This document shows positions 1-9,664 of a DNA stretch of 64,000 nucleotides, in pieces. Positions within the stretch are counted from its first letter, which is position 1. Every line of letters starts with the position of its first letter. The position numbers and the translations under genes are program-made. Source of the DNA: Pecten maximus (lineage: Eukaryota); assembly GCF_902652985.1 (NCBI RefSeq), contig NC_047020.1:7254001-7318000 (forward strand). The letters run 5' to 3'. The notes beneath the pieces are model-generated. The model had not been told where the DNA came from. It ran no database searches and was given only the letters and a program-made list of their open reading frames with translations.

Positions 1-250
1 GGTTGGTCCTATACAGGAATATGCATAACTAGGGATCAAGGCCTAGGGGAACCTACATATGAAACTTGAGAACTTAGCAGTCACAAACTTCAATTGTCGA
101 AATCCAAGATGGCCACCTGTCGTCAATGTTTTTTTCCTATTGGTATGTATACCAAATTGTAATATGCACAACTAGGAACCAAGGGGAACATGCATATGAA
201 ATTTGAGAAAGATCTCTTCGGTACTTTTTAGAAATAGCGGTAACAAACTT
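1..250. repeat. Degenerate interspersed-repeat remnant (~150-bp internal duplication) in TMEM184C intron 1
   Basis: Two similar blocks: aatatgcataactaggga...ggggaacctacatatgaaacttgagaa (18-72) and aatatgcacaactaggaa...ggggaacatgcatatgaaatttgagaa (161-209). Resembles Helitron/Helentron-associated repeats from memory only. Confidence 0.35.
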
Positions 251-1279
251 CATACATAATTGCATACCTAATGAGAAATGAACAGAAGGAGATATAAAAA
301 TATCTTCGGATACAGCAATTTCTTCTTGCACGTTCTTTGGGACATTACAGATGCACATCCCCCTGTAACGCTTTTCTAGAGTGGGCCAAACCTGGTTATC
401 CAGCATTGCATTGACACTTAAATTCCTGTGTCTATTACTGACAAGGCAGGCAGTCCTATAATGTCCTCTTTCTATTTGATATACATGTATATATAAGTAA
501 CACCTTATATTCCGAAGACTTAATTAATAATCTGAAGGTCTGTTAGACAGAAAACGTAATAATAGTTTGAAGGCCCATTAGTCAGAAAGCCTGATATTCC
601 AGAGACCTTATAGTTTGATGATGATGATGGTGATTGTAGCGTCGTTCAAGCTTGAATAGACAACCAGATTTGATGCTAATAACTTCAGTCGGCAGGTGCC
701 GGTGTATTCTTCACATTGTAAAAACAGGCATGGTCTTCACACAAAACTGATGACGTAGTTATCATGTACACAACAAGGGAGCACTCATTATACAGAATGG
801 GGGTGACCATTATTTATGTTAAAGTTTATACAATAACTATCGTCACAGTGATAATATGTCTGTAGAGCAAGATGTTCCATGTTATATACGGCCCGTTATA
901 ATAAGAAATTAGTAAGATGTTACATTGTTATATACAGTCTGTTATAATAGAAAATTGTGTAACGACCATTGAACAGATTATGTTGCTGATAATTATATTA
1001 TCATCAATTTCTAACAATTAATGTACATAAAGTCAGAAATCTTTTTAAATTGTATGTTTTTCACTCCTTATTGATCTGTTTCGGTCCGTTTCTGTGATTC
1101 TTGGTACCAGAGCCAGGCAGTCAGTGTTACAGTGCTAAAAGCTCTAGGGTTTTCTATAGCATTGCAGAATCACTATTTGATGTAATCGTACTTTTTTTTA
1201 TTTGAGATGTCTGTCTGGGTGGCACACAATCTGCACTAATCTGTTTGAGAAGCGTCCAGGGGTCGATAGTTATTCCTAC

Positions 1280-1524
1280 CTTATTATGTGTCGTTGAAGA
1301 TGTGGTTGCGTGTAGTTGACAAGATGCTGAAGAATACCCCACAGTGAGATAGGCACAGCACACATCACAAATATTCCACCGGCAAACCATGCTTGAACGT
1401 GGGTAGGTGCACCTTTGCTGTTCAGTTCAATAATACATAGCGGCAAAGAAATTATTGCTAAAATGAAATAGAGAGCTATAAAACCAGGACGAATCCATCG
1501 CTTCCATTGTCCCATGCAATCCAT
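1280..1524 (-). CDS. TMEM184C: Transmembrane protein 184C, first coding exon (gene continues left of the window)
   Basis: MDCMGQWKRWIRP...AWFAGGIF...PISLWGILQHLVNYTQPHLQRHIIR matches the TMEM184C N-terminus (WRQWIRP...AWFIAGIF...[25 protein letters not shown]). Ends at donor AG|GTAGGA (1280/1279). Confidence 0.92.
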
Positions 1525-1613
1525 GACATTGGCATAATTTTATCGGCGCTCTCGCAGACTGTTACTTAATATATCCAGAAGACAAAAGCTTTCTCAAACA
1601 CAAACTTTGACGT

Positions 1614-1647
1614 CCGCCATTTTTGATGTCATGTGATCGCATGTGAC
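1614..1647 (-). promoter_or_regulatory. TMEM184C core promoter motifs: YY1-type CCGCCATTTT and two CATGTG E-boxes (M-box TCATGTGA)
   Basis: ccgccatttt at about 1614-1623 and gtcatgtgatcgcatgtgac at 1628-1647, 90-120 bp upstream of the ATG. Confidence 0.5.
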
Positions 1648-2468
1648 TGAGGGTCGGTCCCCGTGATTTGTGTACGCCGCACCCGGTCCCGGACCCGATC
1701 CCCGTACCAGGAATATACATATTTTTTTTTTCTCAACAACGGCTCAATGAATAAATCTCATTTTTTTTTAATAAATTCATATTATTATTTTCAAAATCTA
1801 ACATTTTAAATGAAATGGAAGTAATACCTACAACTTTAGTAATCGTCGATTTACATTTTTCAGAGTGTGATTTTGTGTACGCCGCACTCAACCGTGAAAA
1901 GTTACGGTTTTTGGCTGTTTATTCGTAAATAAAGATTTACTTTTATGATATTTTCGATTCCATACATTAAGTAAACCTAGTTGTTGATACAAATATAAGT
2001 TTTAATTACACAAACTACTTATTTCATTTCAAATCTTGCCCTTTTTTTAGATCGCGGCGATGATCACGGGGGTTTTTGTTTACGCCCGGTCCCGTACCAA
2101 GGGCAGACTACTCCCGATCCACCGCCCCGTGCTAAGACTACTGGTTTATGAGTAGCGTGTATTGTCTAATACCAGATGTTTATATATTACTTTTATTCTA
2201 GATACATTAATTATCACTTATATCGAACGATTTTTGTGTGATGTAATATAATTTAACAAGTGAAAGATTTCGCGAAAATTACAATAGTGAAAAAGTGAGA
2301 AAAAATTAATATTGTATATACTACGAATATTTATATATATATAGTTATGCACCAAGTGCAATCTGGTATCTATACAAATACAAGCATATCAAGATCCTGA
2401 CGATGTACAGTTTCGAAAGATAGTTTGTCATCCTGATGATGTCCTAGATTTAATAAAGGGTAAGATAA

Positions 2469-2789
2469 ATGAGCGATACCGATATAGTTCCAGCACCAGA
2501 CAGTAAGATAATTAAGTTAGGCGAATCAGTACTTATGTGTTCAACACCAAGCAATACAATAGTTTCTCCTATAAAATCAGCATCAGCTTCTCTTCTCTAC
2601 GATATATCAGACATCGGTACTCCGAAAAAAACAAAACCTTGGTCGAGATTATCTTTAACACATAGGAAGTTATCAAATATCATAGAAGAGACAGAAGATC
2701 GTTCAAAAGAAGTAAGTATGAGACAGTCGGTAGAAGATACCCAAATTGATGAGCCCGTTATGAGCAATAGTCCTAATGTAGGTAGGTAG
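2469..2789 (+). CDS. Orphan 106-aa Ser/Thr-rich ORF inside the foldback element (possible cargo or remnant)
   Basis: ATG-to-TAG ORF in the non-repeated core. No recognisable motif. Confidence 0.25.
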   Translation: MSDTDIVPAPDSKIIKLGESVLMCSTPSNTIVSPIKSASASLLYDISDIGTPKKTKPWSRLSLTHRKLSNIIEETEDRSKEVSMRQSVEDTQIDEPVMSNSPNVGR

Positions 2790-2833
2790 GTTAGTTAGAT
2801 ACATAGATAGGTAGGTAGGTAGGCAGGTAGGTA
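2778..2833 (+). repeat. (TAGG/TAGA)n microsatellite
   Basis: gtaggtaggtaggttagttagatacatagataggtaggtaggtaggcaggtaggta. Confidence 0.8.
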
Positions 2834-2849
2834 AAACAAATATAGCAAT

Positions 2850-2921
2850 GGGCTCTCTGTAGAACTGCGTCCTCGTCGCAGAGCCCGGTAACATTCTTTA
2901 TATGTGGCTGAAAGTTCTACA
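2850..2921 (+). ncRNA. HDV-like (delta-like) self-cleaving ribozyme
   Basis: P1 GGGCTCT 2850-56 / AGAGCCC 2880-86; P2 TGTAGAACT 2858-66 / AGTTCTACA 2913-21; P3 GCG/CGC around L3 TCCTCGT; P1.1 CC 2871-72 / GG 2887-88; P4 TAACAT / ATGTGG; J4/2 CTGAA with the catalytic-position C at 2908. Confidence 0.85.
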
Positions 2922-4022
2922 CATATTAGATAAAGACATTTACATTCATACGACAGCTAGGTTGCCATATTATGTATCAAATGCTATAGAACATCTGGTA
3001 TATGTATACAGACAATACACGCTACTCATAAACCAGTAGTCTTAGCACGGGGCGGTGGATTGGGAGTAGTCTGCCCTTGGTACGGGACCGGGCGTAAACA
3101 AAAAAAACCCGTGATCATCGCCGCGATCTAAAAAAGGCAAGATTTGAAATGAAATAAGTAGTTTTTGTAATTAAAACTTATATTTGTATCAACAACTAGG
3201 TTTACTTAATATTTGAATAGAAAATATCATAAAAATAAACCCTTGTTTACGAATAAACAGTCAAAAACCGTAACTTTTCACGGTTGAGTGCGGCGTACAC
3301 AAACTCACACTCTGAAAAATGTAAATCGACGATTACTAAAGTTGTAGGAATTACTTCCATTTTATTTTAAATGTCAGATTTTTCAAATATTAATCAGGAT
3401 TTATAAGACAAACATGAGATTTATTCGTTGAGCCATTGTTGAGAAAAAAAATAATATGTATATTCCTGGTACGGGGATCGGGTCCGGGACCGGGTGCGGC
3501 GTACACGAAATCACGGGGACCCTGAGGGTCTTGGTAAATGTTTGAATAAAAACAATAACTGACCAGATTACAGTATGTCATCTAACTTGCAATATGTTCA
3601 CATCAATAACTTCTAACATAATCCATATTATACGTATATGGATTTAATAGAAATTAAAAGATTTTACAATAGTAACTTTAATTTAAAAGTAGACAAAACA
3701 GTTATCAACTAGATATAATCTTAAATAGGGAGATGGGAAATCGCTTCAACGCTGTTTTATCATTTCCCCATCTGCAAAATATTACATCAATGTGAATCAT
3801 CGATAGACTTGATTTGTTTACTGAAAGTATTAATTCAAATAAATAATGTCACTAAATCTATCCATATGATATAATATTAATATCCTATAGCTAGTTATGA
3901 TGTCCTCTGGTCAATTCTGGTGATTAATATGATTTTAGTACGTCCCAAAATTCTATGATCGGAATATTTTGGAATATACATACATTCTAATGTATAGCTC
4001 CGAAGTATTCCGAACTGTATCA

Positions 4023-4123
4023 ACTTCCGGATGATTCATGTTCACGCACTTTGCTATCATAACAGAAAATAACGTTATCCGTGTTTACAGCATTATAGAT
4101 TTTCTTCACGAGGAAATAAAAAG
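4023..4123 (+). other. SPART: Putative non-coding first exon/TSS region of spartin
   Basis: ETS-type ACTTCCGG at 4023-4030 followed by a strong donor AAG|GTAAGA at 4123/4124. The first coding exon begins at an acceptor (10164) 11 nt before the ATG, so an upstream exon is required. Confidence 0.45.
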
Positions 4124-6485
4124 GTAAGATAGCTCACTAATACATGATGTATCGTGTATTTTTTGTTTAACTGACAGTACAGCTGACTGTTACTGTGACA
4201 GCGGACAACCTTGGAAAGCACAACTTCTTGTTTCAGTTGCACTGAAACTTAAATATGTTCTCTCAACGCCAACACATTGTGTGACTGCGACAGACATACA
4301 CACCTATTATGGTAACAGCCAGGTGACAGCTGTGTGTTGGGTGCATGTATTGACAGTCTAATGAACAACTTTTGTGGACTACATTATATTCTGTTTTGAC
4401 ATACATTTTGTACATGTATAACTAGTCTGCATGCTTGGCTATATATCATAACTTGTATCCTCTCCATGGTACTTTTTGATAGCTAGAACTATCTCCCCTC
4501 AGATAACTTATACTCTCCAAGCTTAAGGATGCTTACTTTCTACAGTGACAGTCTTCTTTTTAGTAGGCTATTCAAATTGCTTTTCATCCAGCATCCATCT
4601 GTCCATTTTTTAACAATTCTTGTTATTACAATTCAACAGAAAAATCTTCATATTTCTCAAATATAATATGTTTCTCAGAAAGGCAAAAATTGATGATATG
4701 TGCTACACTTTGATTGATTTAGAGTACAGTGTATTTTACTTTGATTGCATTAGGCTATGGGCGGCCGTTTTAGGATAAAATACAGACACTACTTAAGTGC
4801 AAAAACTTTTGCACTTAAGTGCAAATCTTTTGCACTTAAGTGCAAAAAAATTAACATAATGGCAAAAAATTACATAATGGCAAAAACTTTTTCACTTAAG
4901 TGCAAAAACCACATAATGCAAAAAGAACTCTTTTGCCATTATGTAGTAATCTTTTTACATTATGTACCTGCGCACATAAGTACAAAAAATTTCTTCGTAT
5001 CCCTCTCTTCAAAATGGATCGTTCCAGTAATACTAGAACTCTTTAGCACTAAACAACACAAATGTTATCCTTGTCTGCGCATGTCGGGTGACCCTTAAAT
5101 ACATGTACGCCATAGGAAAATATACACCATAGGGGTTTTCGCACGCCATAGCAAAATGTTAACGATATATACACAAAATAACTTGTTTTTTTGCGTTGGT
5201 CTACCTCTTTTACAGGTTCTGATGAAGTTTCATTAAAAAAAATGTGCACTTTGTAAAAAAGTCGGTCTTATTTGCGTAGCCAGGATGAAGCGCTTTGCAC
5301 TACTATTCGGCATACGTGTTTCTGCACGCCATAGTAAAATTCAAGAGTTGTTTCTGCAAAATCAAAGGATTTTTCAAATTGTATGTGTATTATACATGAT
5401 ATAGTAAAGTTTCATTAAACAAAAATGTGTATTTTGTACGAATTTCGGTATTTTTTGTCCATCGTAATTTCAGGTCAATTCAAGGGAAGTAACTCTTACA
5501 AAGTCCTCAGAGACCATGAAACTGGACCAGAATGGGTATTAAAGGTGTTTATCGCTTATAAATTGTATTATTTCGCAGTGTTTTGATTCTATTACATATT
5601 GAAATACCTTTTTTTTTTACCAAAAATTGTTTTTAATTATGTATTTTAAAGGCATAACCCTTACATTTACAAAATGAACAAAATCAGATTGGACACTATT
5701 AAACACTTTTTATTTATAAAAAACAAAGATATTAATACAGTCCATATACTGCAACTTTGAAAACCAATCATGATTTATTGTGTTATATATTGTTATCAAT
5801 GGCAGATATATAGTTTTATATACAATAAAGTAGTACACAAAATATTTAAAGGAATTAAACATTTAAAAGGAATCGGATATTTATATTATTATATTATATA
5901 CACAAGCAGATAGATCTGAAATCAAAATATTAATATGACACAGACAAAAAATAATGATAATGGAAACAACATCAATCATAATGTTTACATTTCTAACTCA
6001 CAGCAATAAAGTTGATTGAATAATAAAATAAAATATATATGATTATCATGAAATGATTCTAATTAATAGTTATACATTTTTAAGATTAATCGCTTGAAAC
6101 ATATTATAAATTACAAAGCATAACATGACATATTAAAGATGTTTATCAATTTCAATCAATTATACAAAAATGGTCGTCTCAAAGCATGGAACTGGGTCCT
6201 GAGTCCTGAGTTGTTGAAATGCACTTGGTCACAGTCAAAGTCCTCTAGTAAGCAGTTGTTCATTTATCTTCCTCCGTTGTTTCTCAAAAGAGGTCGTTGT
6301 CAGGCCGGGGGACTTGTCAGAGTTACCACGTCGCACAATCTCTGAAAAGTACACCTTCTGAATTCCAGCGTGATGTAGGTCCACCTGCAGTGTCGGAAAT
6401 CTCTGGAACATGTAGCTGGGGATAATGTCGCCGAGATGTCATTTCCTCTTAGTTAGATGAGTACAACATCAGGGTTGTACTCTAT

Positions 6486-8308
6486 TGTTGGGAAAGTGTT
6501 AGAAAGGGTTATTTTTAAGCACTTGTATAATTATTTTTTTTGAAAATGCATTATTTTATCGGTTTCAAGCAGGATTTATGCCTGGAAATTCAGCAGTATA
6601 CCAACTAATGGAAATTTATCATAACATTTGTCTAAATCTAGAAAAAAAGAAACATACTTGTATGATTTTCTGTGACATTTCGAAAGCCTTTGACAGAGTC
6701 TGGCACAAAGGTCTCCTAATAAATGGGAAATATGGTATTTCAGGTAATCTCTTGTCCTGGATAGAAAACTATTTATGTAACAGACAACAAAAAGTATATA
6801 TTAACAGTTCATCTTCTGATGTTGGTATGATAATGGCTGGAGTTCCCCAGGGCTCAATTCTAGGACCTCTTCTTTTTTTAATATATATTAATGACATAGC
6901 TGATGAACTTGAGTCAACAGCACGTTTATTTGCTGATGACACTTCTCTTATAAAGTCGTCTTCTTCATGCCGAGAAATTGAATTAGTTTTAAACAGAGAT
7001 TTAGAAAAATTAAATCAGTGGGCAAAAACTTGGCTTGTTTCTTTTAATCCAAATAAAACTGAGATAATTTGTATATCAAACTCCGACAATATTGAAGAAA
7101 ATCTTGATTTAATTTTTGATGGAACCTTTTTAAATTTTAGTAGTTTACATAGACATCTTGGAGTCATATTTAATTCAAATGCTAAATGGTCTGACCACAT
7201 TTATGAGATATACAAATCAGTAATGAAAAAAATAAATGTTTTAAGGAAAATTAAATATATGTTTAAGCGTGATGCTCTTTTAAGAATTTATAAGTCATTT
7301 ATTTTACCTGTTCTGGAATATGCATGTGAGTTTTGGGACGGATGCTCTCAAGCTGACTCAGAAAAGTTAGAGCGGGCTCAGTTTGAAGCAGCTAGAATAA
7401 TAACTGGTCTACCATCTTATACAAGAAAAGAATTTTTATATTTTGAAACATCTTTGGAACCACTTTCAGACAGAAGAGCTAAAAGAAATCTTCAATTACT
7501 TTATAAAATAAAAAATAATATGACTCCAAGTTATCTATCTAACTTATTACATGTACCTCCTTCAGTGGGCAATAATAACCCTTACCCTTTAAGAAATAAG
7601 GACAATTTTAGAATTCCAAATTACAGACTCTCTTCTACAATAAACTCCTTCTTTCCCTCTACTTTAAGAAACTGGAACAATTTAGACGACAATGTTAAAT
7701 CTCTTTCTCTTTCTTCTTTCGAACTAGCTCTCTCTCAACCTATTTCTACTAGTCTGCCTTGCTACTATAATTATGGTGAAAGAAAGTTTAATATAATACA
7801 TACAAAATTAAGATATAAGTGTAGTTCTCTTAAGGATGATCTTTTTCGTGTAAATTTGGCAGAGGACTCTATTTGTGTAAACTGTGGTAACATTTGTGAA
7901 AATGCGCATCATTTCTTTTGTGAATGTCCAATATATGCTACTGCTCGTGCTGAAATGTTCCAATATTTTAATGATTTAAATATACATGTAAATTTAAATT
8001 TGTTATTATATGGTAATGAAAACTTGGCTTTGGAAGTGAATAGTTATGTATTTGGATATGTGCAGTCTTTCATAAAGTCCAGCAGAAGATTTTGAATATA
8101 TATACTTGTATCTCTTTATTATGTAAATGTACATTGTATGTTAGATTATCCATTTTTCCTCCTAAATGTTACATGATTTACTATATATTATACCTATGTC
8201 ATTACTTGTAAATATTAACATGTTGAGTGGAGAAGGCTTCATAAGTTGTAATAACTTGTGCCTAATCCTATTGTTCTTGTTTAGACAATAAAATATGTTT
8301 AAAGTAAA
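6486..8308 (+). mobile_element. 5'-truncated non-LTR retrotransposon (CR1/L2-type LINE)
   Basis: RT motifs. 9-bp TSD GTACTCTAT at 6477-6485 and 8309-8317. 3' stem-loop at 8234-8263, AATAAA at 8287 and an (AAAGT)2 tail. Confidence 0.92.
6578..8095 (+). CDS. LINE ORF2 C-terminal part: reverse transcriptase plus Cys/His finger (truncated)
   Basis: DISKAFDRVWH, GVPQGSILGPLLFLIYINDI, LFADDT, WLVSFNPNKT and C-terminal CVNC...HHFFCEC. Homology extends back to 6487 across a +1 slip in a T run. Confidence 0.9.
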   Translation: MPGNSAVYQLMEIYHNICLNLEKKKHTCMIFCDISKAFDRVWHKGLLINGKYGISGNLLSWIENYLCNRQQKVYINSSSSDVGMIMAGVPQGSILGPLLFLIYINDIADELESTARLFADDTSLIKSSSSCREIELVLNRDLEKLNQWAKTWLVSFNPNKTEIICISNSDNIEENLDLIFDGTFLNFSSLHRHLGVIFNSNAKWSDHIYEIYKSVMKKINVLRKIKYMFKRDALLRIYKSFILPVLEYACEFWDGCSQADSEKLERAQFEAARIITGLPSYTRKEFLYFETSLEPLSDRRAKRNLQLLYKIKNNMTPSYLSNLLHVPPSVGNNNPYPLRNKDNFRIPNYRLSSTINSFFPSTLRNWNNLDDNVKSLSLSSFELALSQPISTSLPCYYNYGERKFNIIHTKLRYKCSSLKDDLFRVNLAEDSICVNCGNICENAHHFFCECPIYATARAEMFQYFNDLNIHVNLNLLLYGNENLALEVNSYVFGYVQSFIKSSRRF

Positions 8309-8719
8309 GTACTCTATCAAGTCTCTAAGTAATTGTCTTTTGATCGAATCTGAACGCATGCCATCCTTCCCGAAGAATCTGACAGTGCCAGGAACATGCA
8401 TAAGAAACAATAGTATGAATAAATATAACATTTCCTAATAGTGGACAAGATTGGAAATTAAATTTAAATACTAACTTTGACAGTTATGATTTTTTTTTTT
8501 ATATATTACTTGCATTTTGGGAATTACTCAACAAATAGAGATTTTGATATTTTCTTTTCTAAAACACATTTGTTATCATTATTTTCCTTAAGGAAACCAT
8601 GATAATATCTCTCAAGAGGAGTAGCATAGCTGCTCCCAAATACTGCAAACTTGGCCATTGCTGAGTAATAGATGAGCATGAATTGGTATGTTTCTCTGTA
8701 GGGGGAAGGGAAAGTAGAG

Positions 8720-9026
8720 TTTTTTGCACTTAAGTGCAAAAACTTTTTTTACACTTAAGTGCAAAAAACTTTTTTTTTTTTTTTTTTACACTTAAGTGCA
8801 AAAAACTTTTTTTTACACTTAAGTGCAAAAAACTTTTTTTTACACTTAAGTGCAAAAAACTTTTTTTACACTTAAGTGCAAAAAACTTTTTTTACACTTA
8901 AGTGCAAAAAACTTTTTTTTTACACTTAAGTGCAAAAAACTTTTTTTTTTTTACACTTAAGTGCAAAAAACTTTTTTTTTTACACTTAAGTGCAAAAAAC
9001 TTTTTTTACACTTAAGTGCAAAAAAC
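8720..9026. repeat. 11 tandem copies of palindromic T(n)ACACTTAAGTGCAAAAAAC
   Basis: Counted directly. The same core occurs 4 times at each end of the host element. Confidence 0.95.
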
Positions 9027-9664
9027 TATAAATTTATCCCTAGATTATCATCCCTTTTCATTATCAGGCCTGGGCGGGGGGAGGAGGCTTTTACTTTATA
9101 TTTTTTACTAAGAATTTCCTGTAATTGTAAATATGTCTAAATTAATACATAGAAGCATGTGAAGTGTCCTTATTCCTTCACTGTTTACATTATTTTGGTC
9201 ATAAATGTTACAGGTAATCCCATTTATTATGCTACACTCCCGGAAATGTCGATATTCGCAATGACATGTGATACTCTTTGCAAAATAGGAATATTTCTTT
9301 AATCAATACTTAGGGTGTGACATAATAATTCAACCAGCACAGTTTCAAGCTCTGGTTTTCAGCTTTGCATTCAAGTCAAATGCAGTTGCATTTATTTCCA
9401 CAAAAAGTAAGTATAAATTCATAGATATTTGCGTGGTAAAGACAGTACTATGTAATATTACCATAACTTGTTACCAAACATACATGTATACTGGAAGACG
9501 TGGTCAAAGAAGGTCTACTGTAAAAAAAACCCTTCTATTATGGTTTATATTTCACATTGATCGATTGTACCATTTAAAACCAACAAAGCTTTTTCTTACA
9601 ATTGTTTCACTTCTATCAGCTGACGAGTCGCTCGGTTACAATATTTAACACGAGGTAATATAGA

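Larger units (their letters stand above)
1656..3521. mobile_element. Non-autonomous foldback DNA transposon (MULE/Mutator- or Merlin-like), ~525-bp TIRs, 9-bp TSD
   Basis: TIRs at 1656-~2180 and ~2990-3521 with GGTCCCCGTGATTT...AAATCACGGGGACC termini. Exact 9-bp duplication CTGAGGGTC at 1647-1655 and 3522-3530. No transposase seen. Confidence 0.9.
6156..8658 (-). pseudogene. SGNH/GDSL hydrolase (esterase) pseudogene, split by a LINE
   Basis: After removing the LINE: MAKFAVFGSSY (block I, 8658-8626); VRFFGKDGM (block II); IEYNPDVVLI*LRGNDI (block III, GND at 6438-6446); ...KVYFSEIVRRG...FEKQRRKIN; DFDCDQVHFNNSGL (block V DxxH, 6219-6230); stop at 6156-58. Lesions: premature TAA at 6453-55, two frameshifts and a ~190-bp AT-rich interruption (~8402-8590). 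Confidence 0.8.

Noticed and set aside
2396-2445. CTGACGA...GAAA and CTGATGA resembling a hammerhead core
   Set aside because: Stem II cannot close (T/C) and there is no NUH site after a stem III. The motifs are explained by Pro-Asp-Asp codons.
1656-3521. Endogenous densovirus or DIRS element (both have long inverted termini)
   Set aside because: The exact 9-bp TSD and the lack of NS1, capsid, RT or tyrosine-recombinase sequence favour a DDE-type DNA transposon derivative.
8162-8431. 89-aa ORF as an independent gene
   Set aside because: It is a chimera of the SGNH pseudogene segment with antisense LINE 3' UTR.
8720-9026. CRISPR-like array of palindromic repeats
   Set aside because: The spacers are only T runs, there are no cas genes, and the context is eukaryotic.
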